From positions 67,704,001 to 67,768,000 of the forward strand of contig NC_045705.1 in the NCBI RefSeq assembly GCF_009834535.1: a DNA stretch of 64,000 nucleotides. The letters are read 5' to 3'. The notes under the pieces were generated by a model, which was given only the letters and a program-made list of their open reading frames with translations, did no database searches and was not told where the DNA came from. This document shows, piece after piece, positions 26,351 through 40,027 of this stretch. Origin of the DNA: Camelus ferus. Lineage: Eukaryota. The position numbers and the translations under genes are program-made. Position 1 is the first letter of the stretch; each line of letters starts with the position of its first letter.

Positions 26351-29319
26351 ACTTTGTGTATTGGAGAAAGTAAAGGGAAGTTTGGAAACAGCCTACGTGT
26401 TTCTGTGCGTCTTTCCCTGCGGTTTGACCACGCGCGTCTGTGCACTTTGCCTGATGTTGGTGCAGGTGCATTCGCAACTGTGAGGTATGTCTGCTTCCAA
26501 AACATGTGTTTCAGTGCCTGAAAAATAGTTTCTCAAGTGGGCATACCTCTGAGCCATCTTTCCCCTGTTGGGCAAGTCTGTTCTACTTGTGTTTTTTCAA
26601 TTTCTGAGTGCTAGTGCCATGAGAGGGCCTGCTTGGGGCCTGGCCCTGGAGTTTGAGGGATCTGGATCGGCTGTCGGGTGCTGCCTGCCAAGCCCCGTGT
26701 TGGGCTGGTCAGTGATGTCTGCTCTGGGAGGGGAGGGCGTGGCTAGATTTAGGGATGACTGCTGTCCCTTCCCACTGTCGGTGTCTGGAGCCAGGCTGTG
26801 TGTCGACACTTGGGGAAGGAGAAGGGACGGGCACAGCTCCCCAAAAGGTGGCTCATGCAGTAGCGCCTGCCCCGACAAGAGACCTTGTGCAGCCGCTATT
26901 GTTAAGGGGCCCTGTGGGGCTCCTTCATGCATCAGCGTTCCAGGAATGGAGTGTGGGCAGAAATGGGGTGTGAACTCTTAACTGAAGCTCAGAGTCATGG
27001 TCCTGAGAAGTTGTGCAGCTGGAGAAGCCTGGAGTTCCAGAAAGGACTTGCCCAGGCTACCCTGGGGTACAAACAGCTATGGTCATCTGGGGTGGGTGGT
27101 CCCTGGGGCCTTGTCACTCTGTGCCTCCTTTCCTCATCTGCGAGATGGGGGGGGTGGTCACAGACCACCCCCTGCCAGGGGAGCTGTGGCGGACCCTGTG
27201 CATTAACAGGAATTGAAAACACCGTGCAGGATGCCCTGTGCATAGTAGGTGCACAGTGTATGGCAGTGGTGTCCACCATGCTCATTGTTGTCATCTCATC
27301 ATCAGGCCCAAGGGGCTAGGTTTGCCTCCGTTGTCCAAGGGTCCTGCCGCCCCCTGGGGGAGGGCTGAGTTCTTTTCCAACCAGTAGAAGCAGGGCTGTA
27401 GGCTCCTTCCTAGTTTCCAGTAGCCAGAGCCTCCAAGCACTGGGGTTAAGCAATCTGCAGGCATTAACTGCGGGGGGGAGAGGAAGGGGGAGGGCATATC
27501 AGAAGCAGCCTGGGGTGGGAGGGCTTCCTGGAGGAGGCAGCACTGGGGGCTGGAAGCTCTGCTGTGGAGAGCTGACACCAACACCCACCAGAGCAACTGG
27601 CGGATTAGCAGCAAAGCTGCCCTTCCTGTCGGTGGTGGGGGTGGGGGTGGGGACCACAGTTCCCAGCCCCTTCAGTGAGGGTGGCCAGCCCGCAGATGCT
27701 CCGTGATTCAGCTGCTTGGAACCACCTTTCCTGGTCTTGTAAGGACTGTTTTCGCCCCACAGCTTTGAGGGACACTTTTACAAATAACTCAGTTGGAGAA
27801 TGCCAAGTGCCAGGAAGAAAAACATTTTCGTTGTCGTTCCGAGGGCCTGCTTGGATGGGAGTGTGGGGCCGGGTGGGGGGTCTGCACAGAGGTGGGGTTG
27901 GGGGAGCCTCTTTACACTGAGCCTGCATCTTTCTGCTTTTGCTCTGGGTGCCCTGTCCAGGCTGTTAGGTCAGAAGGTGGGAACAGCCCCCAGAGAAACA
28001 AAAGGGATGGGACAGGACTCTTGTTTTACATGAGAATGTGACGGCTGGTCCCCGGCATTTTATGAGACTGGTTCCCACCCCCATTTGCTTCCCACGAATG
28101 CACGGGTTGGTTCTTGGGGCTCATGGCAGCTTCTGGAGCTCCTGCCCTGGACCCGTTGGAAGTTGAAGTGGTCCAGGGGCAGCTGGGGTGGGAAAGGTAA
28201 ACAGTTTTCTACAAGTTGTAGTTGAAGTTGAGAAGAAACCCAGAAGCTTCTGAGAGTATTTCAAGGGTTTGCCTCCAAGATGACTTTCTGGAAATTTGAG
28301 TGGTTCTCAAACATCTCTGCGTATTTCTTCATCCCGTGGGATACAGGCATGAGTGAGAAATGGGTTCTGTCTGAGGCCTTTCTGTGTTCGGGGACAGACC
28401 TGGCGAGTCAGAGACGGTACCGTGAGTGAGGACCAAATGGGGCTGAGGGCTCCAGACTTCAGGGAAAGTGATGACTCCATGCGCAAACCGGGGGCGTTAG
28501 GATGTGATCTCCCGCCCGCCAGGTTCTATCCCCTGCCTCAAAACAGTTGTGTTAAAGGAAAACATGGGGTGAAAAGACATAGTCTTACCTGTCACCTGAG
28601 CAAGGTAGCCATTTCCTTTCCTTGGGCGGCCTTCCAAGTCATTGTGTAGTTTTACATCCGGTTGATGTAAATTATATGTGAAATGCGGATTTTGACTGCT
28701 GACAATGTGCAGGGTATCAAATGTGAAAACTGCCTGGAGATAGTAGTTGGTAACGCTAGGGTAAAATGAAGGAAACAAGACACTGAATTCTATTGAATGT
28801 CACTGGCAGAGCTCTGAGTTCCTGGTGAGCAGAGGCCTGGGGCAGGACGCCTCGCCAGCTGGAAGGGAGCAGTGTCCATGGAGGGCCACCAGCGCCCGGG
28901 AGAGTCTTCTGAGTCCAGCGTGTCCAGTGGGAGGTTGGAATTCAGGGGCTGGCTGTGGAGACCCTGGGATCACTTGGGGATCTCTTGGCCATGGAATTGG
29001 TGAGGTCCAGTATCCTGAGGTGGGGGTGGGGGTGTGGTGAAGGGCCGAAGCCCCGTGATGAGGGCTCAGGAGGTGGCCCTGGGCTAGAGGAAAGGCCTTC
29101 AGGAAAGACAGAGCTGGAGAAAGGCTATGCTGGTGCGACTTCTACTATTCCAGGGTGGAATGTGTCAGAGGTGACATTCACTATCTAGAACATGGCTGAG
29201 AGCCTGCCAGAGACTTCTGGGTGGTGAAGAAATTCGGTTTCAAGCAAACCCAGGATTTAGAGCAATTTTCAATCACGCAGTGACTTTCTACGTCCAGTCT
29301 TCATTTTGTGATACCTTAA

Positions 29320-29430
29320 CTTACGTCCTGGCGTGTGATCTTGGGAAAATGACTCAGCCTTTCTGTGCGTTAGTTTCCTCATCTGTAAAAAGGGATGATA
29401 AGAGTACCCAACTCATGGGGTTGTTGAAAG
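29320..29430. mobile_element. MIR SINE
   Basis: tgtgatcttgggaaaatgactcagcctttctgtgcgttagtttcctcatctgtaaaaaggg, MIR core. Confidence 0.85.
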
Positions 29431-31539
29431 GAAGGCCTGGTGGCCCAGCAGATACGAGCTGTGCTTGAATTTGAACTTGAACTTGGAGCCAGGCAGGCAG
29501 TCTGATCTGATGGCAGGAAATCAGTTCTTTCCTGGATATTTGGAATCAGAAATAGGTGTCAAGGCTGGGTGTTGCCAAGAGGAGCTGGGTGTGGGTGCAG
29601 GGTTGATGGGGAGCTGGTGGGAGACGGGCAGGAGAGTGAGGTGTGTGTCCTGGGTATGCTGGGCGTGGGGATCTCCTTTCTGTGGGATGAAGAGCAGCGT
29701 TGGGCTGGATGGCATTCTGGGGCAGGGGCAGGGGCTGACTGTGTCAGAATTACTTGACCCCTATGTCATATCCCGGTTCCCCAGCCCCAGCAAACCAGAG
29801 TCTTCCCGATGGGGAAGGGTGTGGGAAGTGGGGGCTGCGTCTGCACGGGACATGTGCCCCCAGCAGGCTGCTGGGCAGCAGGTCAGGAGCCACCTGCACA
29901 GCTGGAAACATCTCAAGATTTGAAGCCAGGGCCTCAGGCATGACTTGCAGATTCCTGGGGCGCTCATCCCAGGCGTCTGACCTTTTCTGCTTCATGGAGT
30001 TGAAACTGGAGACGTTTTTGTGACGTGTGTGAATCCCAGCTTTTCCTGATTTTGAGTGAATGAGAGCCAGCCTTGTGCATGGGTCAGTGCTGTCCCCAAC
30101 GAAGGGGCTGAGACGGGGTGATGCTTGGACCCCACAAATGGGGGCCTGCGATGTCCTGTGCAAGGGTTCCCCGGGAATTGGAGGATGAAACAGGTGAATT
30201 CACTCACTGCCGGGAGCTCTCTGAGCTGCAGTTTCCTCACCTGTGGAATGGGGAAACCAGAGGGTCCTCCCTTAGTGAGACTTGTCGAGGGGGTCAAAGG
30301 AGAGGCTGCGTGTTAAGTGCTTTCCACAGTGCCTGTGGGGGTCCACTGCAGACAGGATGGGAGACTCGGGACTCCCTGCCTTTGGGCTGATGGGTGTCAT
30401 GTACCATGGCCCTATGGGTGGGGTGACGCCCACTGGCTCTGCAGTACACTGTCTCAGGTCCCCCAACCCCTCCTGAAGTGGCCCCAGGGAGGGTCCTGTA
30501 GGTTCTGAGACTTAGCAGGCCGTCACAGCAAGTAGCCTCTCCTCGGCCCAGGCTCTGCTGGGGGCTGGGTGACTCTGGTCCCGGGAGGTGAGTGGGCCAG
30601 GAGCCTGTCCAGAGCCAGGCTGTGATCCCATGTGCCCTTTGCCCTCCAGCGCAGCCTCCCTGCCCCCTCCGAGCAGCCGCACAGACCGAGGTGCCCAGCT
30701 GGCTTTGGTTTTCCCCATGTTTTTCCAGTTATGTGGAACGGGCTAAAAACAGCAGCAGCGGGGCCTTGTTTGGGAGTTACCACCACCGTCCAAGGAGGCT
30801 TGCCGCTGCCCTCGCTCCCAGCCCCCTCCAGTGGCCGGCCCTTGGTGGGACATGCCCTGTCGTTTTGACTTTCGTCCCTGGGCAGTCCTCATCACTGGGG
30901 GCTTCTGGACAGTGTGGCCCCCGGCTCGGGGCCTGACCAACCCAGGCAGGTGACCCATGGGCCCGTGTCCAGGGTGTGTGGCTTCCCGGCCCGGGGGTGG
31001 CCGGGCCGTGCTGGGGTGTCCTTCTCTGCCCTCCCCCCAGGCCTTTCCAGACAAGGCTGCCCATCGGGACGGGCGGGAGGCGTGGGCTCAATGATTTATG
31101 GGTCCGCCTGCCACACCTCGCCAAGAAGGAGTTTTAACAGATGTTCGCAGGGACAGGAAACAAAACGACGGCGGGATGTGGCCGGTGGAGGCAGCGGGAG
31201 GAACAGAGGCGTCCAGTGTCGGGTCTGATGGGCAGACTGACAACTGGGCCCCTCACATCCATCCGTCTGTCCAGGAGGATTAGCCGAGGCTCAGGGCCAA
31301 GGAATAAGGGGTGCGTTTGTTCCCAGTCTTGCTGTCTTGTCACTTATCAGGGAAGTAGGTCGAAGGGAAAAGAAAGGAGGCCCTTGTGGCCGAGGCTGCT
31401 GCCGCCCGGGCTGTGATTGGCGTTGACTCTGCAAACAGAAGGCAGCTGCTGTTCTCAGCCATGGACCGTGAATTTTTAATAGCAAGAAAATCCGATTGCA
31501 CAGTCCCAGGAAGTGGTGAAACAGGCCCCAGCGCTAACT

Positions 31540-31808
31540 CTTTTTTCCTTTGGGAAATTGAGGTATAACTTGTAGACAATGAAATGCACAGGTTCTGATT
31601 AGCTTTGACAGTTGTGTGCATCTGCATAACCACCACTCACTCCAGGTTAGAGTGCTTCCACCACCTGGAAAACTCCCTGGCAGGACTGTCCCCCACTCCC
31701 ACCCCCTGGGCAGCCGCCGTCCTGACTTCTATCACCGTGGATTAGTTTTGCCTGTTCTGGAACATCACAGAAGTGGAACCCCACAGCATGTGTTCTTTTG
31801 TGTCTGAC
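31540..31808 (-). mobile_element. L1ME-type 3' end
   Basis: attgaggtataacttg...tctatcaccgtggattagttttgcctgttctggaac. Confidence 0.7.
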
Positions 31809-34800
31809 TGAAGACTAAGTTTTAAATCTTAATAAAAGAGGAGAGGGGAGCATGCCATATTCTTAGAAAGAGAAAACTGTCGCTGTGGGGCTGGGGCATA
31901 AGACAGACGGCGCCTTCTGGGCGCGGTGTGCTCCATGGATGCCCGTGTCCACTGGCTGCAGAGTGAGACTGTGGTCAGCCCCCGGCACTAGCCCTGTCCC
32001 TCCCAGCCTGTCCACTGTCCCCCTTGCTCCTGCAGCCCAGCTTCAACCTGGCCCCAGGCCGGCCCCAGAGCTCTTTGGAGATAAATTCCGGGCTCTCATA
32101 GTCCAGGCCCTAGTGGACCCGCCCCCACTGATGCTGCCCAGAGAAAGGCCCTGCCGTGCTAGCCCACCTGGCCACATGCCCTTTGTGCTCATCCTGGCTT
32201 TTGGTGATGACTGCAGATGCCCTGTCTGGGTTCCACTGACCGTACCTTTGTGTCTGTGACTTCTCCAACTCCATGTGCCCTGGGGGCTGTGACCAGAGGC
32301 CCCGGGTGTGCTGGACTGACACCTTGAGCTGCTGGCTTGTCATCAGAGACCAGGGCTCTTTTTCACTCTTAGCTCCTCTGAGAACCCCCCTTCTGAGCAC
32401 CTGCCTCTGCCTTTGCCTGTGCTGTGCCCACAGCCTGGGGCATCTCCCCGTGGCTCCTGACCTGATGTCCCATCAGGCCTCCATTCAGACACTGCTGGTC
32501 CCTCTGGGAGTGTGTTATGCTCAGTTCCCACCTCCACAGGGAGGGAAGGAGGGATTCTGGCTTCCCATGGGACCATCGTCAGGCCCAGGGAGAGTGCTGG
32601 GAAAGTTGGTTCGTTGCCTTCAAGAGCATTTGCTGTGCAGGAGCTGGGGTTATTGGTTGTTCTGGATCCAGGAATGACTCTGGTGACGGTGCCAAGAGGG
32701 GCCTCCCCATGTCCCTTCCTTGCCCCCTCCCCCCGGGACTTGGTTTGGTGGGAATCAGAGCATCCAATGTGGCCATGACCCTGATGAAAAGCAGGATCTT
32801 TGTGCCTCATTGACCTGGCAGTATCGGACAAGATCATGTCTCTGAAAGTGCCTTGTAAACTGTAAGGTGCTGTGCACTTGAGGTGGTTTGAACTGTGTGA
32901 CCCTCAACCACTTTTGAGCTGCAGAGATGGCCTTTTCACGTGGGTCAGCCTACGCTGTGCTTGTGGCCTCCATGACCAGGGCAGGGCGGGTGTTCGCGAC
33001 AGTAACATTTCTCGGGGGCTGCCAGGCAGGTGCACGTCTGAGCCCTGTGCTCACTGGAGCCTCGCAGGGCTGTCAAAGGGAGGGTTGGGGGCCACCCTGC
33101 CTCGAAAGCACAAGCAGTCAGAGCTCAAGGCCACAGAACAAGGGGCAGAGATGGGACTGGAACCTGGGCACGAAGGATCGGGGTCATTTATGGGATACTG
33201 GTGGTCCACCTGGGCTCAGAAAGGCACTCCGTGTGGGCTTTTTAAGAACTGAGCTAGGGACGCAGCCCCCCTCATGCAAGTCCCCAGCTGTGTGATAGCT
33301 GCCGCCCCTACACCCCTACCTTTCAGGAGACTTGGCCACCCACCTTGAATTTGCCCAGATGAGGGCACTTTATGTGTCTGTCTGTGTCTCTCTCTGCCCC
33401 CCACCTCTTGGCCTGGGGCATGAGTCTTCATGGCGCATCTCTGCTCCTAGTTCAGCCAGGGATGGTTCCCTGGGTGTGTGTTCAACGCTACCAGGATAGG
33501 GACTTGCTCTGGAGCTGTGGCGTTGAGCTTCGGGGCTTTGTCATGGGACCCTCTCAGCCTTGCTGGAGGCCTTCTCCACACCTGAGTTCTCCCTGGGAGG
33601 AGACAGGTCGGGTTACCTGCTCAGGGTCACTCAGGGAGGAAATGGGACTGGGGAGCCAAAGTCGGGTGTGACCAGTGGGTAGTGCTACCTGGGTGGTGGG
33701 CGGCCTCTGAGGGGCCTGGGGACAGGAGAGAAGGGGCTGGCTGCAGGGAATGGGGGGTCACAAGGCTGACCCTGACCTTGCCACTGTCCGCCCACCCCAG
33801 GCCTCAGGGGAGGAGAGTGACATCCCGTTTTAGAGCTGTGCAGACCAGCCCAGACTCCAGGCCGGGGCACCTGCCTGGTGGTTCCTGGCAGGCTGCAGCC
33901 CAGCCCTCCTGTGCCCTTGCTGGGAGGCACGGGGTAGGCCGTGTGGGTGGACAGCTGCCTGGGCCTCAGGTTTCCAGCAGGGCCAGCGCCTGGCCCGGCC
34001 ACTTCCTCTGTGCATTGTGACCCTGTGGTCACTCGGCGTGGTTTCCTGGGCCAAGGTGCCGTGCTGTGGTCTCCATGTTTGTCCAACCACTCACCCCAGG
34101 GGGCCAGTGGGGAAAATCAGTTGCTAAAAAACAAAAATAAGCTGGCTGCCTGCCGGCTGGAGTGCTATTTATGGCCTTGGGAACTGTAGAGTGGAGAGCA
34201 GCCTGTGCCAGGACCCAACTCTGCTCACGTGACTCCAGGCCTGGGCCCGGAGCAAGGTCGGTTGTGCCTCCTGTGGGGCGGCCAAGGGGAACGGGCTCAG
34301 GAGACCCCAGAGCTGGGACCAGGGCTGAGGACACGCCAGGGAGGCTGTTTTCTTCCGTCCCCAGCATGAGAAGGAGTCGTCCGGGGTGGGGGGTGGCGCC
34401 GGCCTTGGGGGAACCTTGTGGCATGAGCCTCCCAGCAGGGGGGGGCTGGTCCTTCCCACGGAGGGTCGTGACCTTGGAGCTGCAGCTGGCTCAGTGGGGG
34501 ACGGTTGTGATGTCTAACCTGTCTGGTGGGTTCAAGGGCCCTGTCTCTTTCGTCTGTGCTGATCTGGTCCAACCACGCTCTGAGATGTGCTGCTATTGTC
34601 CATTGTGCAAACGCCCTGTCCCCACACTGGGCCGTGGAGGGGGTTGACCATGAGGTCCTTCCAGGTCGGCCCCCAGCCTGGGGTGACCACCAGCAGGTTT
34701 CCTCCTGGGCTGTCAGGGGCTAGGGGTTCTTCTACCCCATCCCTTCTTTCTGTTTTCTTCCCACCCAAATGTCTTGGAACCTGGAGGCTAATTAGATTGC

Positions 34801-35651
34801 CCTCGGTGGCAACCAGGGGGGCCAGGTCGTTCATTGCCCCCAGGTCACCCAGTGAGAAAGATTCCGTGGGTCCCCAGAGTCCAGACCCACATGCCCACCT
34901 AGACTCTGAGATTGTCAAAGGACAAACCCATGCATCCATCTTTTAAAGCCTTATTTTTTTTCTTATTATGAAGTAAGATTTGTGTTCAGTGTAGAAAGGC
35001 AAACATAAAAAAAATACTGGAGGAAATAAAAAGCACCCGTAATTTGGTCACCCAGATATAGCCACTGTTAATGTTTTGAGGTGTTTCTTGTACTTTTTTC
35101 TGTGCACACATCCAGCCCTCTTTTTGCATGATTTGTGCACATCACAGGGCAGCGCCACGACATGGTGCCGTCGAGGAAGCTCACGCTGGGGCAGTCCCCT
35201 GGGAGGTGGGGATATGCTGCCCCCACGCTGAACATCAAACAGTCCTGTTTTTTTTGGTTTTGGTTTTTGATTTTTTAATTTAAATTTTTTAATTATTTTT
35301 TTTCAAACAGTCTTTCGACAGAGCCGTTAGTGACAGGCCTCTCACTCTGACGTGCATGTTACCAAGAAGCGAAGCGTTTTTCATGTTTATTGGTTGTTTT
35401 TTCTTCCGTTAATTTGTTTCTATGATCTTTGCCTGGTTATTACTGCGATCTGGGTGGGGGTTTTTTTATTGATTTATATACCTTTTAACTTTGAAAAACT
35501 AAACAGACTTTATTTTTTAGAGTGGTTTTAGGTTTATAGAAAAGTTGGGGGGTCCTGAGAGCCCCTCTGCAGCCACCCTCCCTCCTGGCACAGTTCCCTT
35601 GTCATTGGAATTTATTTCTAATACTGTAAAAGTCACACGTACTTCCCATAC

Positions 35652-36070
35652 AAGGGTTGGAACCCCCACCCATGGCCCAAGTGGCCCTGTTTTTGTGCAG
35701 CCAAGGGCGAAAAATGGTTTTTACACTTATACATGTTTGAAAGAAAATCAAATTGTGACCTGGGAAAATGATAGGAAATTCAGATTTCAGTGGCCACACA
35801 TGAGTTTTTTCTTGAAGAGGGCAAGTAATTAGGGTCTTATTTATTGATTTATTTTAGTGGAGGCACTGGGGCCTGAACCCAGGACCTCGGGCATGCTAAG
35901 CATGTGCTGTACCACTGAGCTATACCTTCCCCCCGACACATGATGTTTGGTTTGCACACCTTTGCTTTCAGGCTGCAATGGTGGGGCCCAGGCATTGCGA
36001 GAAATGGCCATGGCCTGCAAAGCCTAGAGCATTTGCCCTCCAGCCCTTAACAGAAAGCGCACAGACCCCT
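35652..36070. mobile_element. MER58B-like hAT-Charlie MITE, interrupted by a SINE
   Basis: ggccctgtttttgtgcag...aatggtttttacac...ggcctgcaaagcctagagcattt...cagacccctg. Confidence 0.75.
35804..35934 (-). mobile_element. tRNA-Ala-derived SINE, copy 2
   Basis: gaacccaggacctcgggcatgctaagcatgtgctgtaccactgagctatacc; ACACATGA repeated on both flanks. Confidence 0.92.
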
Positions 36071-36428
36071 GCTGGAGACTGGCAGGCAGGCTGGAATCAT
36101 CCGGAGATAACACTGTGGGCGTTCACGTGAGGGGTTTCCTGCTGGCTTTTGTTCCTGGGTGGCCCTGCCTGTCAGACGCAGGTAGGCTCAGCTGCCCAGC
36201 TTCCTGCACGCAGAAGGTCTTCAGGGAAGAGTCATGGCCTGCGGGACAACTCCAACTTTCGGGGGGCACCCAGCCTCTGAGCTCAGATCAGATCCCTGGG
36301 GTAGGGGGCAGTTGAGGGTCAGCCCTGTTCCTGCCCACTGGGCTGCAGGGCAGTCCCTTCTGTCTGGAGTTCCCTCCCTTGAACCTGTCCTTCTATGGCA
36401 TCTTTCCCCTCGCCCTCTGCTCCCCACC

Positions 36429-36870
36429 TGTTGGGAGTTGAATTGTGTTCCCTGCAAAAGACATGTTCAAGTCCCAACCACGAGAACCTGTGAATGTGAC
36501 CTTATTTGGAAGTAGGGTCTTTGCAGGTGTAACCAAGTTAAGATGAGGTCCTGCTGGGTTAGGATGGGCCCGAAGCCCAGTGACTGGTCATCTTACAAGA
36601 GGGAGATTTGGTCCAGACATTGCAGGGGAGGAGGTCGTGTGAAGACGGAGGCAGAGATTGGATGGATGCAGCCACAAACCGAGGAATGGCAGGGATTGCC
36701 GGCAGCCACCTGAAGCTGGGAGAGGCAGGAAAGGCTCTCCCCAGAGCCTTCAGAGAGAGCACAGCCCTGCCCACACCTTGATTTCTGATTTCTGGCCTCC
36801 GGGACAGTGAGGGAATCAGTCTCTGCTGATACAAGCCACCCAGTTAGTTTGTGGTGATGAGTTCCTGCAA
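36429..36870. mobile_element. MLT1B/C solo LTR
   Basis: gtgaatgtgaccttatttggaagtagggtctttgcaggtg...gaagacggaggcagagattgg...ttctggcctccgggacagtgag. Confidence 0.9.
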
Positions 36871-38947
36871 CGCGATGCTTTCCTGCGTCTCCTTGTCTGT
36901 GTGCTCGTGGGCCTCGCACAGGGACGCTGCCCTGTGATGGACGGTGGCTTGGTCTGGATGGATGTGGGGAGGGAGGGAGGGTGTTGAACTGGATGTGTCC
37001 GTGGCATTGGGCCATCCCTCCAGGCTGCTTTTCCGCTTTGGGGAGAGCACTCTGCCAGGAAAGCTGTGCCCCGTGCCCTGCGCTCAGCCCTGAGGCAGGG
37101 ATGCTCCCCTCTTTCCTGCGTGCGCGGCAGGGGAAGGGGAGGGGTCAGGAGCCCGCCTGGAGGAGGCTCCAGGGACTGCTGCCTGGCCAGCGGGGGAAGG
37201 TTTCACTTTTCTTTGGCAGCACTGTGGGGCAGGCTATTTGTTGAAACAACCCCAAAGAAAACCATTTGACCAAACTGTTAGTTTCTAAACAGTTTACTTC
37301 CCTGATGTTTAAACAAACTTCTCTCCAGGCTCTGTGTCTGGTCCCAGGGAGGGGGTTGGCCTCTCCGGTCACGGCCCTGCATGACCCGAGGCCAGGCTGT
37401 GCTTGGAGCTCGTTACCGACACCCCTGCGGCTGTGCCCGCTGGCCTGGCCCTGGACGGAGTGCCCCACGGCCCCTGCTGGGCACCGCCTGCTCAGACCTT
37501 CAGGCAGCCGGGCCGGCCCTGGCCCTCTCCCGGGGGTCAGGTCTCTGCGTTTTTCTCAACAAAGCTTAAGTAAAAACCTCAAAGGCTCTCAGCCTTGGGG
37601 GTATCAGAGACCCACCCTTTGGGGTCAATTAACATGGACACACTTATCCCAGCATTTAATTACTGCCTCAGCTAGAGATGGGACTCTGAGGGATGCTGAT
37701 AATGGGGTGCCCTGATGGTGGGGTGTGCTCGAGGCTTTGTACTGCCCTGGTTACCAGAGCGCCGGGGCCTAGCGTGCTTCGCCCTGGTGGCTCTGTGCCC
37801 ACTGGGCACACTCCACTGGAATCTGTGTGGTCACAGTCATGTGACTCCCAGAGGCTCTTGCAGCTGGAGGCCAGACCCCCAGTCTCAGCCAGTCTCCTTC
37901 GTGGGCACTGTAACCCCAGCTTTGCTTCCTCGCTCTGATTTATGAACAGTCTTGCTCACGGAAGGGCCCTGCCCTGTGGCCCCAGGAGCAACATGGGGCC
38001 AGTTCTTACCTCTGTTCTGTCCAACCCGCACCTGGTCCAGGGCCTGGCTGAAAGCAGCTGCCCATAAAGATACTGATGGGGTAACTGAGCCGGTTGGGCC
38101 AGCTCCTCGACCTTGGGCTCCCTGCGTGTGCCAGCTCCAGGGAATGAGGTGTTCATGGTACCTTATTTTCTTACTTGCTGCTGTGTGTCTCTGGGTTGGG
38201 AGTTAACCTCTCTGTGCACCAGGCTCCTTCTCAGTAAATGGGGGCCTGCTCATACCTGAGGGGTTGGTGTGATGATCCTGCTGTTTCGGGTGATTGTGCC
38301 TGGAGGATCATGGGAACCGGGATGAGTGAAACAGGTTCACAGTGTGTTTGGGGACCGCATGTTGGGTTCCATCGGAAACCAGCATTCTCTGTGGACTTGT
38401 GGTGCCAGTACTGCTTGAGATCAAGTTTGACATACTCTCTTCCATCCTGCACAGTGAGGCTGCCCCCAGCCTCCTCAAAAAGTTTTGCATGTGCCGTCTT
38501 AGACAGAGCTTTTCCTGGCCATGCCCTTGGGGGCTCCCTCCCTGGCTCCCCATGGTGACAGATTAAGACCTTCCATAGAGTTTGGTTTATGGTCCCCTTG
38601 ATGTCAGAGCTAGACGGGGACTCAGGCACCATTGGGTTGGGCCGATTCTTTGCTATAGAGGAGGAAACCAAGGCCCAGAGAGGGCTAGGGACAGGCTCAA
38701 AGTCACACAGCAGGGTAGAGGGCCACGAGGTTTCTGCCCTGAATTCTCCCTGCTTGTCCTGGGACGTTGGCACCTGCACTGGGCCTGGCCCTGTGCTGGG
38801 GGCTGCGGAGATCAAAGGAGGCATGTGCTAGAATCCCAAAATGAGCCAGTAAGGGCAGTGCCCAAGCAGAGGGGCAGATAGCTTGTGTGTGTGTGTGCAT
38901 GTGTGGTCAGTTCATACACTTGGGAGGGGAGGCAGGGACAGCTTCCT

Positions 38948-38973
38948 GGAGGAGGAGGAGGAGGAGGAGGAGG
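38948..38973. repeat. (GGA)8 microsatellite
   Basis: Direct reading. Confidence 0.9.
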
Positions 38974-39259
38974 CCTGTCACCTGAGCCTTGAAAAACGGG
39001 CCAGATGTCACTAGAACACTTTGTCAGGAGCCCAGAGGAAGACATTCAGTTGAAATTCAGAATTCCCCTCCTCTGCCTCCAGCACAAACCAAATCAGGAC
39101 TTGCACAAACACCTCTTACTAAATCTGAATATGCATCTTGGAGGTTTCCAATATAGCCAGGTGCTTTGGGCACCTTCCAAGCACTGCCTGCCACCTCCCT
39201 TCCTGCCGCCTGCCTCAGTTTCCGCAGCCCTGGGCTCCAGAAGCCACTGGTGTTCGAGT

Positions 39260-39273
39260 GCGCCCTCTAGTGG
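39260..39273 (-). promoter_or_regulatory. Candidate CTCF site
   Basis: Minus strand CCACTAGAGGGCGC matches the core consensus CCRSYAGRKGGCRS at all 14 positions. Confidence 0.55.
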
Positions 39274-40027
39274 AGGAATCAGACTGTGAACTCTGGGCCC
39301 TGGAGCAGGAGTGTCAGGAGGAGGTCCCTGCCTTTACTTGAGACGTGGGGCAGGGGACCCCGGAACCACTCTGCAAAACAGCGGGTTCCTAGGCTGCACC
39401 CTGGTGGCAAGAAGCTGGCCCCAGGATGCAGGAGACCTTCTGTTGTGTGAAGCCTGTGGCTGAACCAGGCACTGAGGAGACTGGGCAGTTGGCTGCAGAG
39501 TCCAGGCCTGGGGGCTTCGGCGCGAGGGAGATGCTGGGCCGGTTCCATCCTGTTCCCCATCCTTCACTGCTGTGCGACTTCATATTGGTCCTTCCCCGTT
39601 TGCCTTTCATTAAACTAGAAGCCCCAAAGTGCCAGAGGTGGTCTCTGAGCCTGATCGTCTTGCTTCTGTGGGTCCTCGAGACCAGAACAGGCCAGAATGA
39701 AGGTGTGGATGATTGCCCAGATCTGGGGGAGCGGACCCCACCCTGACCCTGGCAGCCTCCAGAGGTGTTCAGGTCAGGGCTAGCCAGCACCCCCAGGGTC
39801 CCTGCATGTGGGTCCTTCTGCTAGAAGTTCTGATGAATCCCAGGGCAGATCCAGGACAGAGTCAAATGTGTCTTGCTCAGGGCAGATTATGCTCAGAGAC
39901 AGAAATGGCCTTTGCCATTGGTTTATGTAACAGGCTCACTGCAGGAATTATAATTTTATAACCATAATAGTTCACAAACCAATACCGGATAGGATATGTC
40001 TCTTAATAAGTCAATAAGGAAGTAACA

